Under the pieces are notes generated by a model that was given only the letters and a program-made list of their open reading frames with translations, was not told the DNA's origin and did no database searches. Shown piece by piece: positions 25,996 through 38,599 of a stretch of DNA of 64,000 nucleotides (positions are counted from its first letter, which is position 1; each line of letters begins with the position of its first letter). Both the position numbers and the translations under genes were made by a program. The stretch lies in the NCBI RefSeq assembly GCF_009914755.1, contig NC_060937.1. One strand, 5' to 3'. This DNA comes from the human T2T-CHM13v2.0 reference genome, Homo sapiens.

Positions 25996-26292
25996 GGCTG
26001 GGCGTGGTGGCTTACGCCTGTAATCCCAACACTTTGGGAGGCCAAGGCAGGCAGATCACAAGGGCAGGAGTTTGAAACCAGCCTGGCCAGCATGGTGAAA
26101 CCCCATCTCTACTAAAAATACAAAAATGAGCCAGGCATGGTGGCGCGCACCTGTAATCCCAGCTACTCGGGAGGCTGAGGTAGGGAGACAGGAGAACTGC
26201 TTGACCCTGCGGGGCAGAGGTTGTAGTGAGCAGAGATTGAGCCACTGCACTCCAGCCTGGACAACAGAGCAGGACTCCATCTGAAAAAAAAA
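25996..26292 (+). mobile_element. AluSg-like with perfect 17-bp TSD
   Basis: TSD aaatggttttgacttct at 25979-25995 and 26290-26306; small private insertion (tagggaga) in the right arm. Confidence 0.96.
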
Positions 26293-26899
26293 TGGTTTTG
26301 ACTTCTAAAATAAATATGCTCTCCATGTAGCAGAGATTATTTTACATGTTCAAAATCTTGCCAAACTAAACATGTTATATGAAGGCAGGAGATCATGTTT
26401 CCCAAATGTTTGGCTAGAAATAGGAAAATGGTTCAAATATACCCTATGTTATGTCTTTCTTTACGTTACATGTGCCTTTTCCTTGTGATGTAGTTACATA
26501 TACACCTATGACATAGCTCAGTTTTTAGAATTATTCTATTTGCATTTATATTTTGCAACATCTGTTTGACCTTGCCATCTCTAAGCCACAATCTCTTCAC
26601 TTGCAGGAAGTACATATGAGTAGATTCACTATACAGGGTTGTGGCAAGTTTTAAATCCACTGTCTTATACAGAGTTACCTCCCAAAAGATGTTAATAATA
26701 ACTATAATTGTTACACATGCCAATCAATAAATGTAACATTTTCTCTTTTTAAAACAGGGTTTTTCTCTTGGTGTAAGTCATGAGGTATCATGATATATTG
26801 CTATTTTTCTATTTTATAAATAGATTAACATACACACTTTCTGCATATACTTCTATAGTCTCAAAAATGTAAACTATGAAATGGTTAAAAATACTTCTC

Positions 26900-27505
26900 A
26901 TAGTCTGAGTAACTGGCCTGTATAATTGGTCAGTACAAACATTGTTAAAATGAGGGATTTCATGCAGAAATTAGACCTTTTGGAAATGCAGGAGGAGCTG
27001 GGAAGTGAAACCCTGGAAAGGGGAATCCGAGGATATGAGTAACAGCCACTGAATCTGCTGGAAGCATTAACAGTGGTGGACAAGTTGGAACTTGTAGGAA
27101 AGTCTGAGAAACGCTGCATGTCTGCAAGTTGGAACAGAATCATGAAAGAGGAACTTGTGAAGAGGTATATAATTGCCACCTTTAAGAAATCTGCTTCTGC
27201 TGTGAAAATCAGTGCTTCTGGGGGAACTGTCACTTTTATAGCTCAAGACAGCAGGCTTTGAGCTGTAACTGGTCAGCACTGAGAGCAGTCTAATGCAAAC
27301 AGAAGGAAACATGTTATAGCTGTCCATATTTGTCATCAGGTATATGTATCACAACCTACCAAGAGTACTGTAATGATTTCTGCTTCCACTCTGCCTTCCA
27401 AGTCTTGCTAGATTTCTTTCTTGGCCAAGTCTAACATAGGACAATATGAGCGGGGGGTCGGAGGGAGACTCTGAAAAACATATTTCCCAGCCTTATGCTG
27501 ACAAC
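26900..27505 (-). mobile_element. Ancient ERVL-type solo LTR (LTR33/LTR16-like group)
   Basis: GC-richer block. aattagaccttttggaaatgcaggaggagctgg and ggagactctgaaaaacatatttcccagcctt resemble reverse-complemented ERVL LTR termini. Confidence 0.5.
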
Positions 27506-28169
27506 ATGCCTCCATGTTTTATCAAAAAGGGAAAGTCATGTGCCCTTATAATCTGAGCATGGCAATCAGAAAAAATATGAAAATTACTGTGTCCTAAAGT
27601 AATATTAAGTACACATGCTTTCCAAAACGTCTGCATAAAATACCTCAAAGACTGTTTTTAGGTAAAGCATTAGGTAAAACTGCAGTGCTGTAAAAATATA
27701 TATGCTACTTCTGTGCAACAAACAACTTCAACAATCAGTCAACCTAGGATATTGGCAGAGGCAAAGCTGCCATATCCATAAAATTGATGAAAATTATTTT
27801 TTTGTTTACACTGAATTAAATTCATCATGGTTAAAAACTACAAACATAAACATATTTTCTCATTTTCTTAAAATTTTAACTAGAAATGAGCTTTTAAGCA
27901 GGATATTATAGATCACTAGTTTGAGGTAGTGATGATCTAAAGACAGAATAGTACCAGCAATAATTGTATAAATACAATCAACACATGAAAAGAGACACTG
28001 CTTCTGTCAGAAGATTTATTTGTTCAAAATGTAAAGAAAAACTAGGACTACCTACAGAGCTGTGTGTTGGTTTCTTACATATATAGATATATTCATATAA
28101 AATAGAATATTACATACAGAGAAATTTCCTTCTAAAATATTGATTAATTCATTCTCAATTTTTTTTCCC

Positions 28170-28935
28170 CATTGATCATACATTTATTCTTCTGGTCTGA
28201 GTCACCTTCTTCTTTTTTCAGGATTATTAAAATATATTTTTCACCTTTCTTTCTGTACTTTTACCTTTGCCTTCCTACTACAGGCCTATTTTCAGCACAT
28301 CCGTCATAGTAATCTTAGAAGCTTAAATCAAATCATGTTATTTCTCTGCTCAAAATTCTACCATGTGCCACATCTTACTCCTAGTTTTTATAATAAAAGA
28401 CGAATATATAAAATGACAAACTTTGTCTTATGCCATCAAACAAATGCTCTCAGATGTATTTTTCTACTCATCTCCCATGTAGTGAGCATAAAAGTGGTCT
28501 TCTTGAATTGTTTTAAACATTGCAGGTATGCTCCTGCCTCAGAGCCTTTGCACTTGGGCAGTTTTTTCTACTAAAAATTTATCCCAGATGTTCACAAGCT
28601 GTTCACTCAACTATTCAGGGCTTTATTCAAACATCACTTTCTTCTCACTGTGATCTATTCTAGACCCCCTAAGAAAAATGACCATTAAACACTCCATATG
28701 TCCACAGGTATCTGTTACACTCCCCTGGTTTTTCTTTCTCTTTAGCATGCTTCAACACGTAACATGCTATGTCATTTACTTTTTTGTGTGCTTATTTTGT
28801 GAAGTCTCAAATTAGATCATAAAAATCTCTGAATTCTTGGACTTTCTCTTCTTTTGGCTATTATATTACTAACAGTAAGAATAGCATCTGGGCCACAGCA
28901 ATTGTTCACTGAAGATTTGTTGAATGAAGAAATGA
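28170..28935 (+). mobile_element. L2 (L2a) 3' region
   Basis: aaatcatgttatttctctgctcaaaa, ctcctgcctcagagcctttgcactt and terminal atttgttgaatgaa. Confidence 0.82.
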
Positions 28936-30169
28936 GTATCAACAAAAGGTTGAAAATTTTGGCAAAGTTTCATATCATCATCTTAATAAATGTTTAAAAT
29001 ATTTTCACAATAAATATTTCAAATGAAAATAAATAATTACATAAATTTCAAATATTTGTACAATAAATGACAGTTTCTACACCATCATATTAATAGTGAA
29101 ATTCAGGTACTCTCAGGAAAAAAAAGTTTTGCCCACATGGACTCTTTCAACACAAATCTGAAGTCAGGTCAAAATAATCACATTTATTACTTCTGAACAC
29201 TTACAGACATAGATACTTCTGTCATTTAAAAATTCACATACAAATATTGTGTTTGTTTTAATAAATATGTTCAAATATTGTTTCTGTTAACCTCTTTATA
29301 CCAAGACAAATGTGGATAAGCCTTCAGTCAAAATTAAAATGAAAAAAATTGAGCAGGAATGACTCTCTGCCAGAAACAGGTATTATCAGGATTAAACTCA
29401 GTGGAAATTTTCTATTTGAAGCTTCAAGTTTTAATGTATAAAATGTATAAAAATGGTAATAACTTTGGCTAATTTAAAAAACAGACAGTAGAGAAAACCA
29501 TTCAAATTATCTTAATTCTAAACAAAAATATCAAAAAATAAAATGTACATAAATAGTTTTATTCTCTGGTAAAATATATTACTACAACGTTACATGGAAA
29601 ACTTACTGGATACTTTATGTCTATTTTATAGACAAATATTCTATAAGCCAAAAAAGTGCTCTACTTTAGTCACAAAATATAGCTTAAAATGAAATCTAAA
29701 ATGGTTATTAGAGGAATGCATCTACTTCTTTTACAAAAACTTAATTGCATTTTAAATTATGATATCAGCAATGAAATTTATTATGTGTTTAAAATGCATG
29801 GATACCTTCAAAGATGAATGTGTATTTATTTGGGAAGAAACTAAGTCATCATCTCAAATACTGATATTTAACATAATAATTTAAGATTGCTCTTATGTTA
29901 GTTTTCTAGATTTTTCAAAAGTATTTTATTGAGAAGAGAAAGTTACACAAATTATTTATTAATTAACGTTTATCATATGTTTTTAACATAAGTTATATGA
30001 AGTATAAGCATTGTTTATTTTATAAATAGACATAATGGTAAAAAAGGCATGTGAAACCAAAATTACATTCAAAGTTTCTATTACTTAATGCATACTACAT
30101 CCATGTAGGAGTGGTTGCAGATATAAAATTATCTGCTTGTATAAATGAAACTGGTTCAAAATAAAGCTC

Positions 30170-30322
30170 TTATACAATTATAACAAATATGCCACTGTGA
30201 TGGTAGTTTGTGATAGTGGGGGTGGCTGTGTACATGAGGGAGTACAGATATATGGGAACTTTGTATTTTTTGCTCAGTTTTGCTGAGAACCTGTAACCAT
30301 GCTAAAAAGTAAAGTCTATTCA
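30170..30322 (+). mobile_element. L1MC 3' terminal fragment
   Basis: taacaaatatgccact...tatatgggaactttgtatt...tcagttttgctgagaacct...taaagtctatt. Confidence 0.78.
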
Positions 30323-31564
30323 AGAGGGAAAATCAATTATTAATACTAGCAGAATAATGATTGAATAATAAAGGACCTAATTTCATGATAAAAGCTGAAA
30401 TCTTGTATTTATATAAGATTATTTTGTTTTTCATGTTGAATACTTGTTCTAACTTAAAATAACTGAACTCCATTAATGTTGATAAATTAACAAAAATGTT
30501 TCTATTTGGTATGGCCTTTATACATGGCCTTCATTAATTTTATGAGCTTATTCTGTGTGTTCTTGAGCTTGACTTATATAATATATTATCTAGATGAGTG
30601 ATTTCACATCTTTCTAATGCTTCAACTACTTGGAGAGTAATTTGGCATTTAACATGCTACATTATGACATGTTATCAGCCATGTATTAGAGAAAAATTAA
30701 TGATTTAAAAGAATAGCTACATAGAAAAATAAAGTACATAAGTAGTTGTGTTTTCAGGAGTGACAGCAATGGCACAAAAAAATTGCCAAGTAGGGAAAGT
30801 TTAGATTTAAAAAATTTTAAATAAGTTTAATAGCCATCTTGCCAACAATTTTCTTTCAATAATAACATTATAAAGAAAGTAAATCTGATTCAAGAAATGG
30901 ACCCAGATTAAAAACCGGGTAAATCTGATAATATTTGTTGACAATATGTGCATAGTGGGGATAATGGATTTTTTAAAAAGATGACAAGAGTAGTCATACG
31001 TTCAATGGGTTTGAATTGAAAAAAAAGATTTGAAGTTTTTATCTATAGTTTTGTTTCATTTTGGTTTCTTATCTAGCCCTATTGTAAGCAGGTATCTCTA
31101 AAATGAAGTCAGAATTTGGCATTTTCTAATTTTAGACTTAAAAGAAGAAAATGCATTGTACTTAGGCTACAGCTATGAAAATTGTCTTTTTACTTAAAAA
31201 ATTAATCACAATACAGTTTATTTGATTGGTTAACTCACTGTCATTGCTAATTGTTTGCCAAATATTTTATTATAAAGAATCTTCAACTTATCAGATGCAT
31301 TATGAATGATTTATTGTGCTTTGCCAATGGAATTATGATTTTTAATATGCTGTTGTATATGTTTATTTTAAAATATTAAATAGGTTCATTATGTTTAGAA
31401 ATGAAAATTTATACTAAATGGACTTTGCACTATGTAATGTAAAAAAGTAGAAAGAAAAGCATTTTAATATGGTTGCAAAAGGTATATTCAAAATTATAAG
31501 TTCCAGAATTTCTCTCCCTGGGACCACTAAAGGCTCACAACAATTTACTTTACTTTCCTCTGCT

Positions 31565-31678
31565 GAATTGTGAACTTCTTCAAGGGCATACTTCATTTAT
31601 CATTCTATTCCCAGTGCCTACTCAGTACCTGATAGAGTAACTGTTTAATTAAACACTTACTAAATAAAACTGAATGAT
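31565..31678 (+). mobile_element. L2 3' end fragment
   Basis: tgtgaacttcttcaagggca...tattcccagtgcctactcagtacctga...tgaatga. Confidence 0.65.
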
Positions 31679-32219
31679 CTTAGTTTCTTGGAGATATAAT
31701 TTTTATTTCAGTAATAAATGTTTATAACTGAAGGTGGATCAGAAGTGTTTAGAATTTCTAAACACAAATATTTCACAATTCTAAACAGCAAGACACAGAA
31801 AGGGTTGGAAGTGAGCAATGATAAATTTTAAAAATTATAATGGTTAACTCTGTATTTATATAGAAAATTATATTAATAAATTTTAGAATGCTTTAAAACT
31901 ATAGAAATGGAAAAGATTTGGGTTGCTCCTTAATATCCTTTGAATATCTGAATTTTTAAATATGCCACACCATTTTCCATAGGTGGAGTCTGAAAATAAT
32001 TACAAAAAAAATCACATGTCTTTCTAGATATTCTTTCTTGCCTTTTCATTGATTCACAAGCAATTAAACTTTTGGACTAATCTGATTTGTGTTATCATGA
32101 GATGAGCCAATGTTATATTATTTCAATATAATATACAAAATACATGCACAGAAAGAAATAGGCAAACAGTAATTAGAAACTACCATTAATTGAATGCACC
32201 TAAAAATATGTGTCATGTA

Positions 32220-34435
32220 TGTCAGTGAATAGCAGACTAGGTAGCTTCAAGGGCCAAATTCTTCACACACATACTGAAAAATTCAGTAACATCTGTCAGA
32301 ATCAACTTTGTCAGAACTCTGAAAAATAGTCAAAACTTTACAGCAACTGAGAGAATTCTGTATCAGAAAAAGGCAACTAAAAATACTAGGAAACTTTGCA
32401 AAATTTTTACTTGCTCTTACACTACCAGGATCCCTGGGTCAGCATTAATCTTGAAGATGGCTACTCATGTTTCCATTTTGAGGCCCTTATATTATTGGTT
32501 CTGGAGAGAACAGAGAAGACCTTCTTATACAAAAATTGTACTTGTCTATTCTAACCTGTCTAGGAACTCACTGAAAAAATTATGCAAGGTGCTACCATTT
32601 GCTTCATTTACCCTAGAACCTCTCAGAGTGGAATGGCAGCTTTAAAAAACACATTACTCAAAAACATTGTAAGACCAAAGAATAACCTATTTTTGCCTAG
32701 AATAAAAGCTTACAGTTGAGACAAATAATAGATACAGCAAATATCTAGAAGCCAAAGCTGAGAAGAGTGTTTAATTGGAAAATTAGGGTACTAAATATTC
32801 TCATTCATACAGGAGAATTTAGAAATCCACATGCATGCGTTGGGTAGAAAACATGCTTAGAAAAGACTTGAGAAAACCCTGTGTATTCACTTCTGGCCTA
32901 TATTTAGGCTTAGCAAAAGCAGGAAGTGAAGGCTAAGGCAGAGTTGTAAATCATCAGCTAAGTTTTGAAGCAGTGCCTCAACACGAGGACAATGTGCAAA
33001 GACTTAAAGAAATTTTTCTATTTTTCTTTTCTCTTCTTTCTTCATTTGCTTTCTTTGTTTCTTTCTACTTCTTTTTCCTTTCTTTTTTCGTCTTCTTTTT
33101 TGTTTGTTTGTTTAGATTTTGGTTGGATTCCAAACACTCAAAACATTCTCTGTCAAAACACTAGCTGACCACAACTTAAAGAATAATGATGTTGAAGGCT
33201 ACACATAACAAAAAATACAGACTTAACAGTCACTAAACAAACAAAAACTAAAATCATAGCAAGAAATAAAAACAAGATGAGTAGGGTGAAGGCAATCTCA
33301 TTTTTAGAGTTGCCACATTATAATATTCAAATTGTTCAGTTTTCAACTAAAAATAAAAAATCCAACAAACAAGAAACTAGAGCCCATTCAAATAAAAAAT
33401 TAACAGAAACTGTTCTTGAGGAAGCATAGACATTAGATTTACTTGACAAAGATCTTAAATCAACTGTACTAAATATGCCAAGAGCTAACAAAAATCAGAA
33501 AGAACTAAAGGAAGTCAGAAGAATGGTGTCTTGGTAAGTAGAGAAAAATCAGTAAAGAGATGAAAATTATAAAAAGGAACCAAATGGAAATGCTACAGTT
33601 GTAAAATACAAAGACTAAAATAAAAATTTTACTAGAGGGATTCAACATCAGATTTGAGTATACAGAAGAAAAAATCAGCAAACTTGACAATAGAATCATT
33701 GAAATTTTCTAGCCAGAGAAGGAGGAAAAGAGCTATAATAATATATAAATAAGAAAAAATAACAAGTGTGGGCAAAAAGATGAAGAAATTGAGACCCTCA
33801 TACATTGCTGGTGGGAATAAAAATGGTACAGCAATAAAAATTGAGAAACAATTTTATGGTTAGTCTAAGATTTAAACATAAATTTCCATAGGATCAATAT
33901 TCCATTCCAAGTATACACCTCAAATAATTGAAGGCAGATATTCAAACCAAAATGTGTTCACAAATATTCATAGCAACACTATTCATAACACCTAAAAGTT
34001 GGAAAAAACCCAAGTGTCATTAATAGATCAATAGATAAGCAAAATATGGTATAACCATACAATGGAATTTTATTCAACCATATAAAGGAATGAAGTACTG
34101 ATACATGTTATGACAGAAGAGCCACAAAAACATTATGCAAAGTAAAAAAAGGCAGACTAAAAATGTCACATATTGTATAATTCCATTTATATGAAATATC
34201 CAGAATAGGTAAGTTCATAGAGACATAAGCTAACTAGTGATGCCAGGTACTGAGAGAAGGTAGGTATAGGAAATGATTACTTAATGAGTGAGGGGTTTTA
34301 TTTTGAAATGATAATAATATTTTGGAACTTGTTATAGATATAGGGGGTGGTTGCACAATTTTGTTAATACTACTGAATTTTAAATTTCAAAAGCTAATTT
34401 TATGTTGTATAAATTTTACCTCAATTTTTAAAATG
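32220..34435 (+). mobile_element. Old L1 (L1M4-type 5' end and ORF1 start joined to an L1MB-type ORF2 end and 3'UTR)
   Basis: ctgtcagaatcaactttgtcagaactctg (5' region), ORF1-like aaggaaccaaatggaaat...gggattcaacatcagatttga, then from ~33760 ataacaagtgtgggc...ccctcatacattgctggtggg through aaattttacctcaatt. Confidence 0.7.
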
Positions 34436-35761
34436 CATTTGTTATTCTCTTAGAATTGAATAATTCTTGTTGAATAATTTACATCATAAGAAAATATTCA
34501 AATGAGGATTTCACCAGGAGACTTGAAAAAAAATTGTAGTTTCTGTTTCTCGCCCTCCCACTGACACATTTGACCTAATAATGACCAAAGTTTTCAAAGT
34601 TTTTTAATGGGAATGTTTGCTGTATTATTTAGTGAAGCTGTATACTTCTAAAGGCTTACAAGTAAAAACAATTCTCACAGGTCCATACCTGTCACACTAC
34701 CATTAAGGTCTTTCCTGGATCCCTGGTACTCACTTGACATCAAAAATCCATCTACATTGCAATAGAACAGGAGTTGGTTAATCCTAGCTCTTTGGGACTT
34801 GGTTAATAAATGTCTTTTTAGATGACCTCTCTAGGATTTTTTGTACTGAAAGTGCACATTAGCTATGGCCTACACTCTGGCTAACACCTTTACTCATACT
34901 AATTAGCTGCTCTCTGTGGGTTCAAGATGCCCAGTAATAACTTCAAGATTGATCCTAGTGAATAATTTATCAAAAGAAATAACTTAGGATGACTTCTAGA
35001 GAAGGAGTTCAGAATTTTATTTGTGAAATTCATCATCATTTGTATTTTTAACACATTGAAATAATGATCATTTAAACATGACAAAAGTTCTAAAGTAGCA
35101 CTTGCTATTCAATAGAACACATTCAAGAATGAAAAACATCTCATTATTTTGAAGTTTGGGACACAAATCAGAAATAAAAAATAAAGCATAATGTATATAA
35201 TGCTTCATATTTTAAGTAAGACTGAAAAACTAACATAGCAGGTCTTTATATGGAAAACAAATAAACAGAAAATTGGGAAGTTACAGGTACCTAAGTATAT
35301 GTAGAGATATTAGTTGGCAAAGAATATAAAATGAAAGAAGACAATGAAATGGCTTATAAATAGTTTTCAGTAGCATAAACTAAATACTCTGAATGAGGGA
35401 CATGGCTACTCTAACATAGAATGGTCATCAATAGGGCATTTGCCGCATAACCTGTATCAGATGAGGAGGAAAATCAAGGTGATATGGCTAAAAACAAATT
35501 AAATACAACATAATTCAATTGTAAGAAGAGTCGCTGTTTTGTGATTGGAAAGTTTTCAGGTAGAATGATAATAGGAAGATGAGATTTGCCATAAGCTTCT
35601 ACCTAGAATTGATATGTCCAAATATATCCATATAGTTGACCATTTTAATTGAAACTGAGATCAGAATGCAAAAGCAGGAAGCTTGGAGCTGAGTAGATGT
35701 GATTGTGTTTCTAGAATTGATTGTGGGGCTGGTCAAATTATTTAAAAGTTTTGCTTTTTAA

Positions 35762-36090
<329 letters not shown>

Positions 36091-36129
36091 TTAATATAAC
36101 AGTGCATAATGAAGTATACATATTTATTT

Positions 36130-36312
36130 CAGTATATTTCATAGCATTTTTCACTACTTGTTTTAACATTAAGTATTTATTTATTGACTTGTTTGTTTTC
36201 TGTTATCCTCATGAAAGCAAGGACTTTGCATGTCTCATTCACTGCTTAGAAATGTGCATGGCCTTTAAGAACTCATTAAGTATTAGTCAAATTAATGAAT
36301 ACATGAATAAAC
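36130..36312 (+). mobile_element. L2 3' end fragment
   Basis: ctcatgaaagcaaggactttg...cattcactgct...aattaatgaatacatgaataaa. Confidence 0.7.
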
Positions 36313-38599
36313 ATTGTCACATAATAAAGCGTTTAGGGAAGATAATCATAAATGGAGGACATTTTTTGTGTGTTTTCTCCTTCATAATGCAATTAAATAT
36401 ATCTTGAGACCTCACCTAGTCTTGTCTGATTCATTAAGCTGAAGGCTATGCCTATTGCCCATAAGAGCTTAATTTCTCCACTATTAGACATTTGGAGAAC
36501 TTTTGGCTAGCAGGCTAAACAAAATAGAAGGTCCATCGAAGAGTAAGTCATAACTGTCAAAATTCAGAAAAATTTGTGTCCTTAATTGAAAGGGTTAGTT
36601 TAAAATTTAAAATAAAGGTACATAGTTAAAACAAGAAGAAGGATGTAAGAACTATAGAATCTCACCAAAATCAGGAAGGACTAACTATCTTGGGTTGGTA
36701 CTACTTTTGCATCTATCCTGTAGTCATCAATCTAGCATAGAGATATCAATTAATGAATATTTCTTTTTCTGAAAGTATACTCTTGGTCCAAAACCATATT
36801 AAGCAGTAATAAAATATTAACAGTTGTTTAAGCTGTTGAGATTTTTTTTCCCCAAAGCTTCACGATTCTTTCTTCAATCTATTCTGGAAGACTTAAGAGT
36901 GTTTCAGATACACTGGAGACAACAGTTTTTAATAGGAGAGATGTTAGAAATGATTATATTACATTCCTTGAAAGACAAATAATAAGCCTTAGTAACAGTA
37001 AGTCATAATACTTGCATGTAACTAGAGGCAGGTTCAAAGGAACAGACCCTTTGCTCTCCAATAACATTAAAATAGTAAGCAAGTAAGGAAGCAGTATTGT
37101 TCTTTGGTCATAATATGTGTAAGTTATGTCCTTGGGAAAACAGATGTATTATTTTCTATTACTTATTGACCACAGTATTTCAATTTTATCTTTTTATTCT
37201 TAAAAAAATCCACTTTTAGTAGGAAATTCATATTGGGAAATATTAACGTAGTATGTCTGAGAAGAGGATAGTGGGAACTAGAATAGGCAAGAGAAAGAGA
37301 AACACAGAATTGAAAAGGTTGAAAACAAAATCTGAGGAAATAAGTGTCTTCCATGGGGCCATAGAATGCACCAGATAAATATGATTTATTTGAAAGTGGA
37401 ATGACAGATCTATAAGTGACTCATTGCTGCTTGATATCTTATTGTTCTTTTTCTCAATAGTTATTCTAGATATTTGCCTATTTCTTTAAATTATTTCTTC
37501 TTTATCTTTTGTAGATGAACTAGACTTCTCATTTACAAAGTAGAATCCATTAAGTAAGAATTCTATTATATTTCTCTCTCTCCATACCTCAACTTACAAA
37601 TAAATTTTGATATACAGCCAATAAGAAATAGAAGTTGCATCTAAGTGGAAGTGATGAGGTAAAAATCAGAAAAATTAATTCAAATATATGCCTTTAATTG
37701 AAGTGTTAGATTGAAATTAAAAATAAAGATACATAGTTAAAGCAAGGAGAAGGATGTCGAGAGTTTTAGAATCTTACCAAAATCAGGGAAGACTCTCTGT
37801 CACAGTAGTTATGTATAGAACAAATGCAGAGTTGGTCAGTGAAGTGGATATCATTTCTTATATAACATCATCTGGACAAATTACTATAAATGATATTAAA
37901 TATTTCTTATATCCAATCTCTTTGTCTTTACTGGTTCTAGTTACTCAGACTACAAACACTTTAAAAATTCTTGATATTATAAAAATATTTATAACAGATT
38001 GTGTTTTAGTTTTAGTTTCACTGTTCTCTGCTTCCCTTTGGTTGATTTCATCCTAATTTTTAAATCTTATATGTTTTTGTTAATGCAGTTATCACATCCA
38101 AAAGTAAAAAAACATATTATATTAGCTTGAAAGTGTGAGTTTAATGAATTCTAGTAATAATAATTACGATTAATATTTTAGCATATATTTTCAGTTTCTA
38201 TGCACACTCAAACATGAAATACATGTGTGCTGAAATGCATTTTAGTATTTAATATATAGTGGGCATGTTTTCTATACCAGGAAACTGGATGTAACTCATT
38301 TTTTTGTCATTATTATTTTGTTTATATTAGATATTTCAAACAATTTAAAATGAGCCATGTTACTAAATGCATAAGCTATTACTAATACAAAGCCCATAGT
38401 TATCTTATTTGATCATATTATCCATCCATCAGAGATAGTCACTTTCCTAAGTATGTATCATTAATAAAAATCTTCATTGCTTTTATTCTCCTCCTTCTGA
38501 CGTTTGCCATAAGAATTCAATTGTCTTTGATTCTAAAAATTAATTTACATATAATAATTCATCATAAAAACATCAAGAAGAATAAAAGATACCATAATG

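Noticed and set aside
27910-27940. TGAGGTAGT (let-7 5' end) in a small hairpin
   Set aside because: Only 9 nt match, the rest differs from let-7, and the hairpin is too short for a pre-miRNA.
37754-38056. 100-aa ATG ORF with hydrophobic stretches
   Set aside because: The hydrophobicity is expected from T-rich codons, it starts inside the duplicated block, and I see no homology or gene structure.
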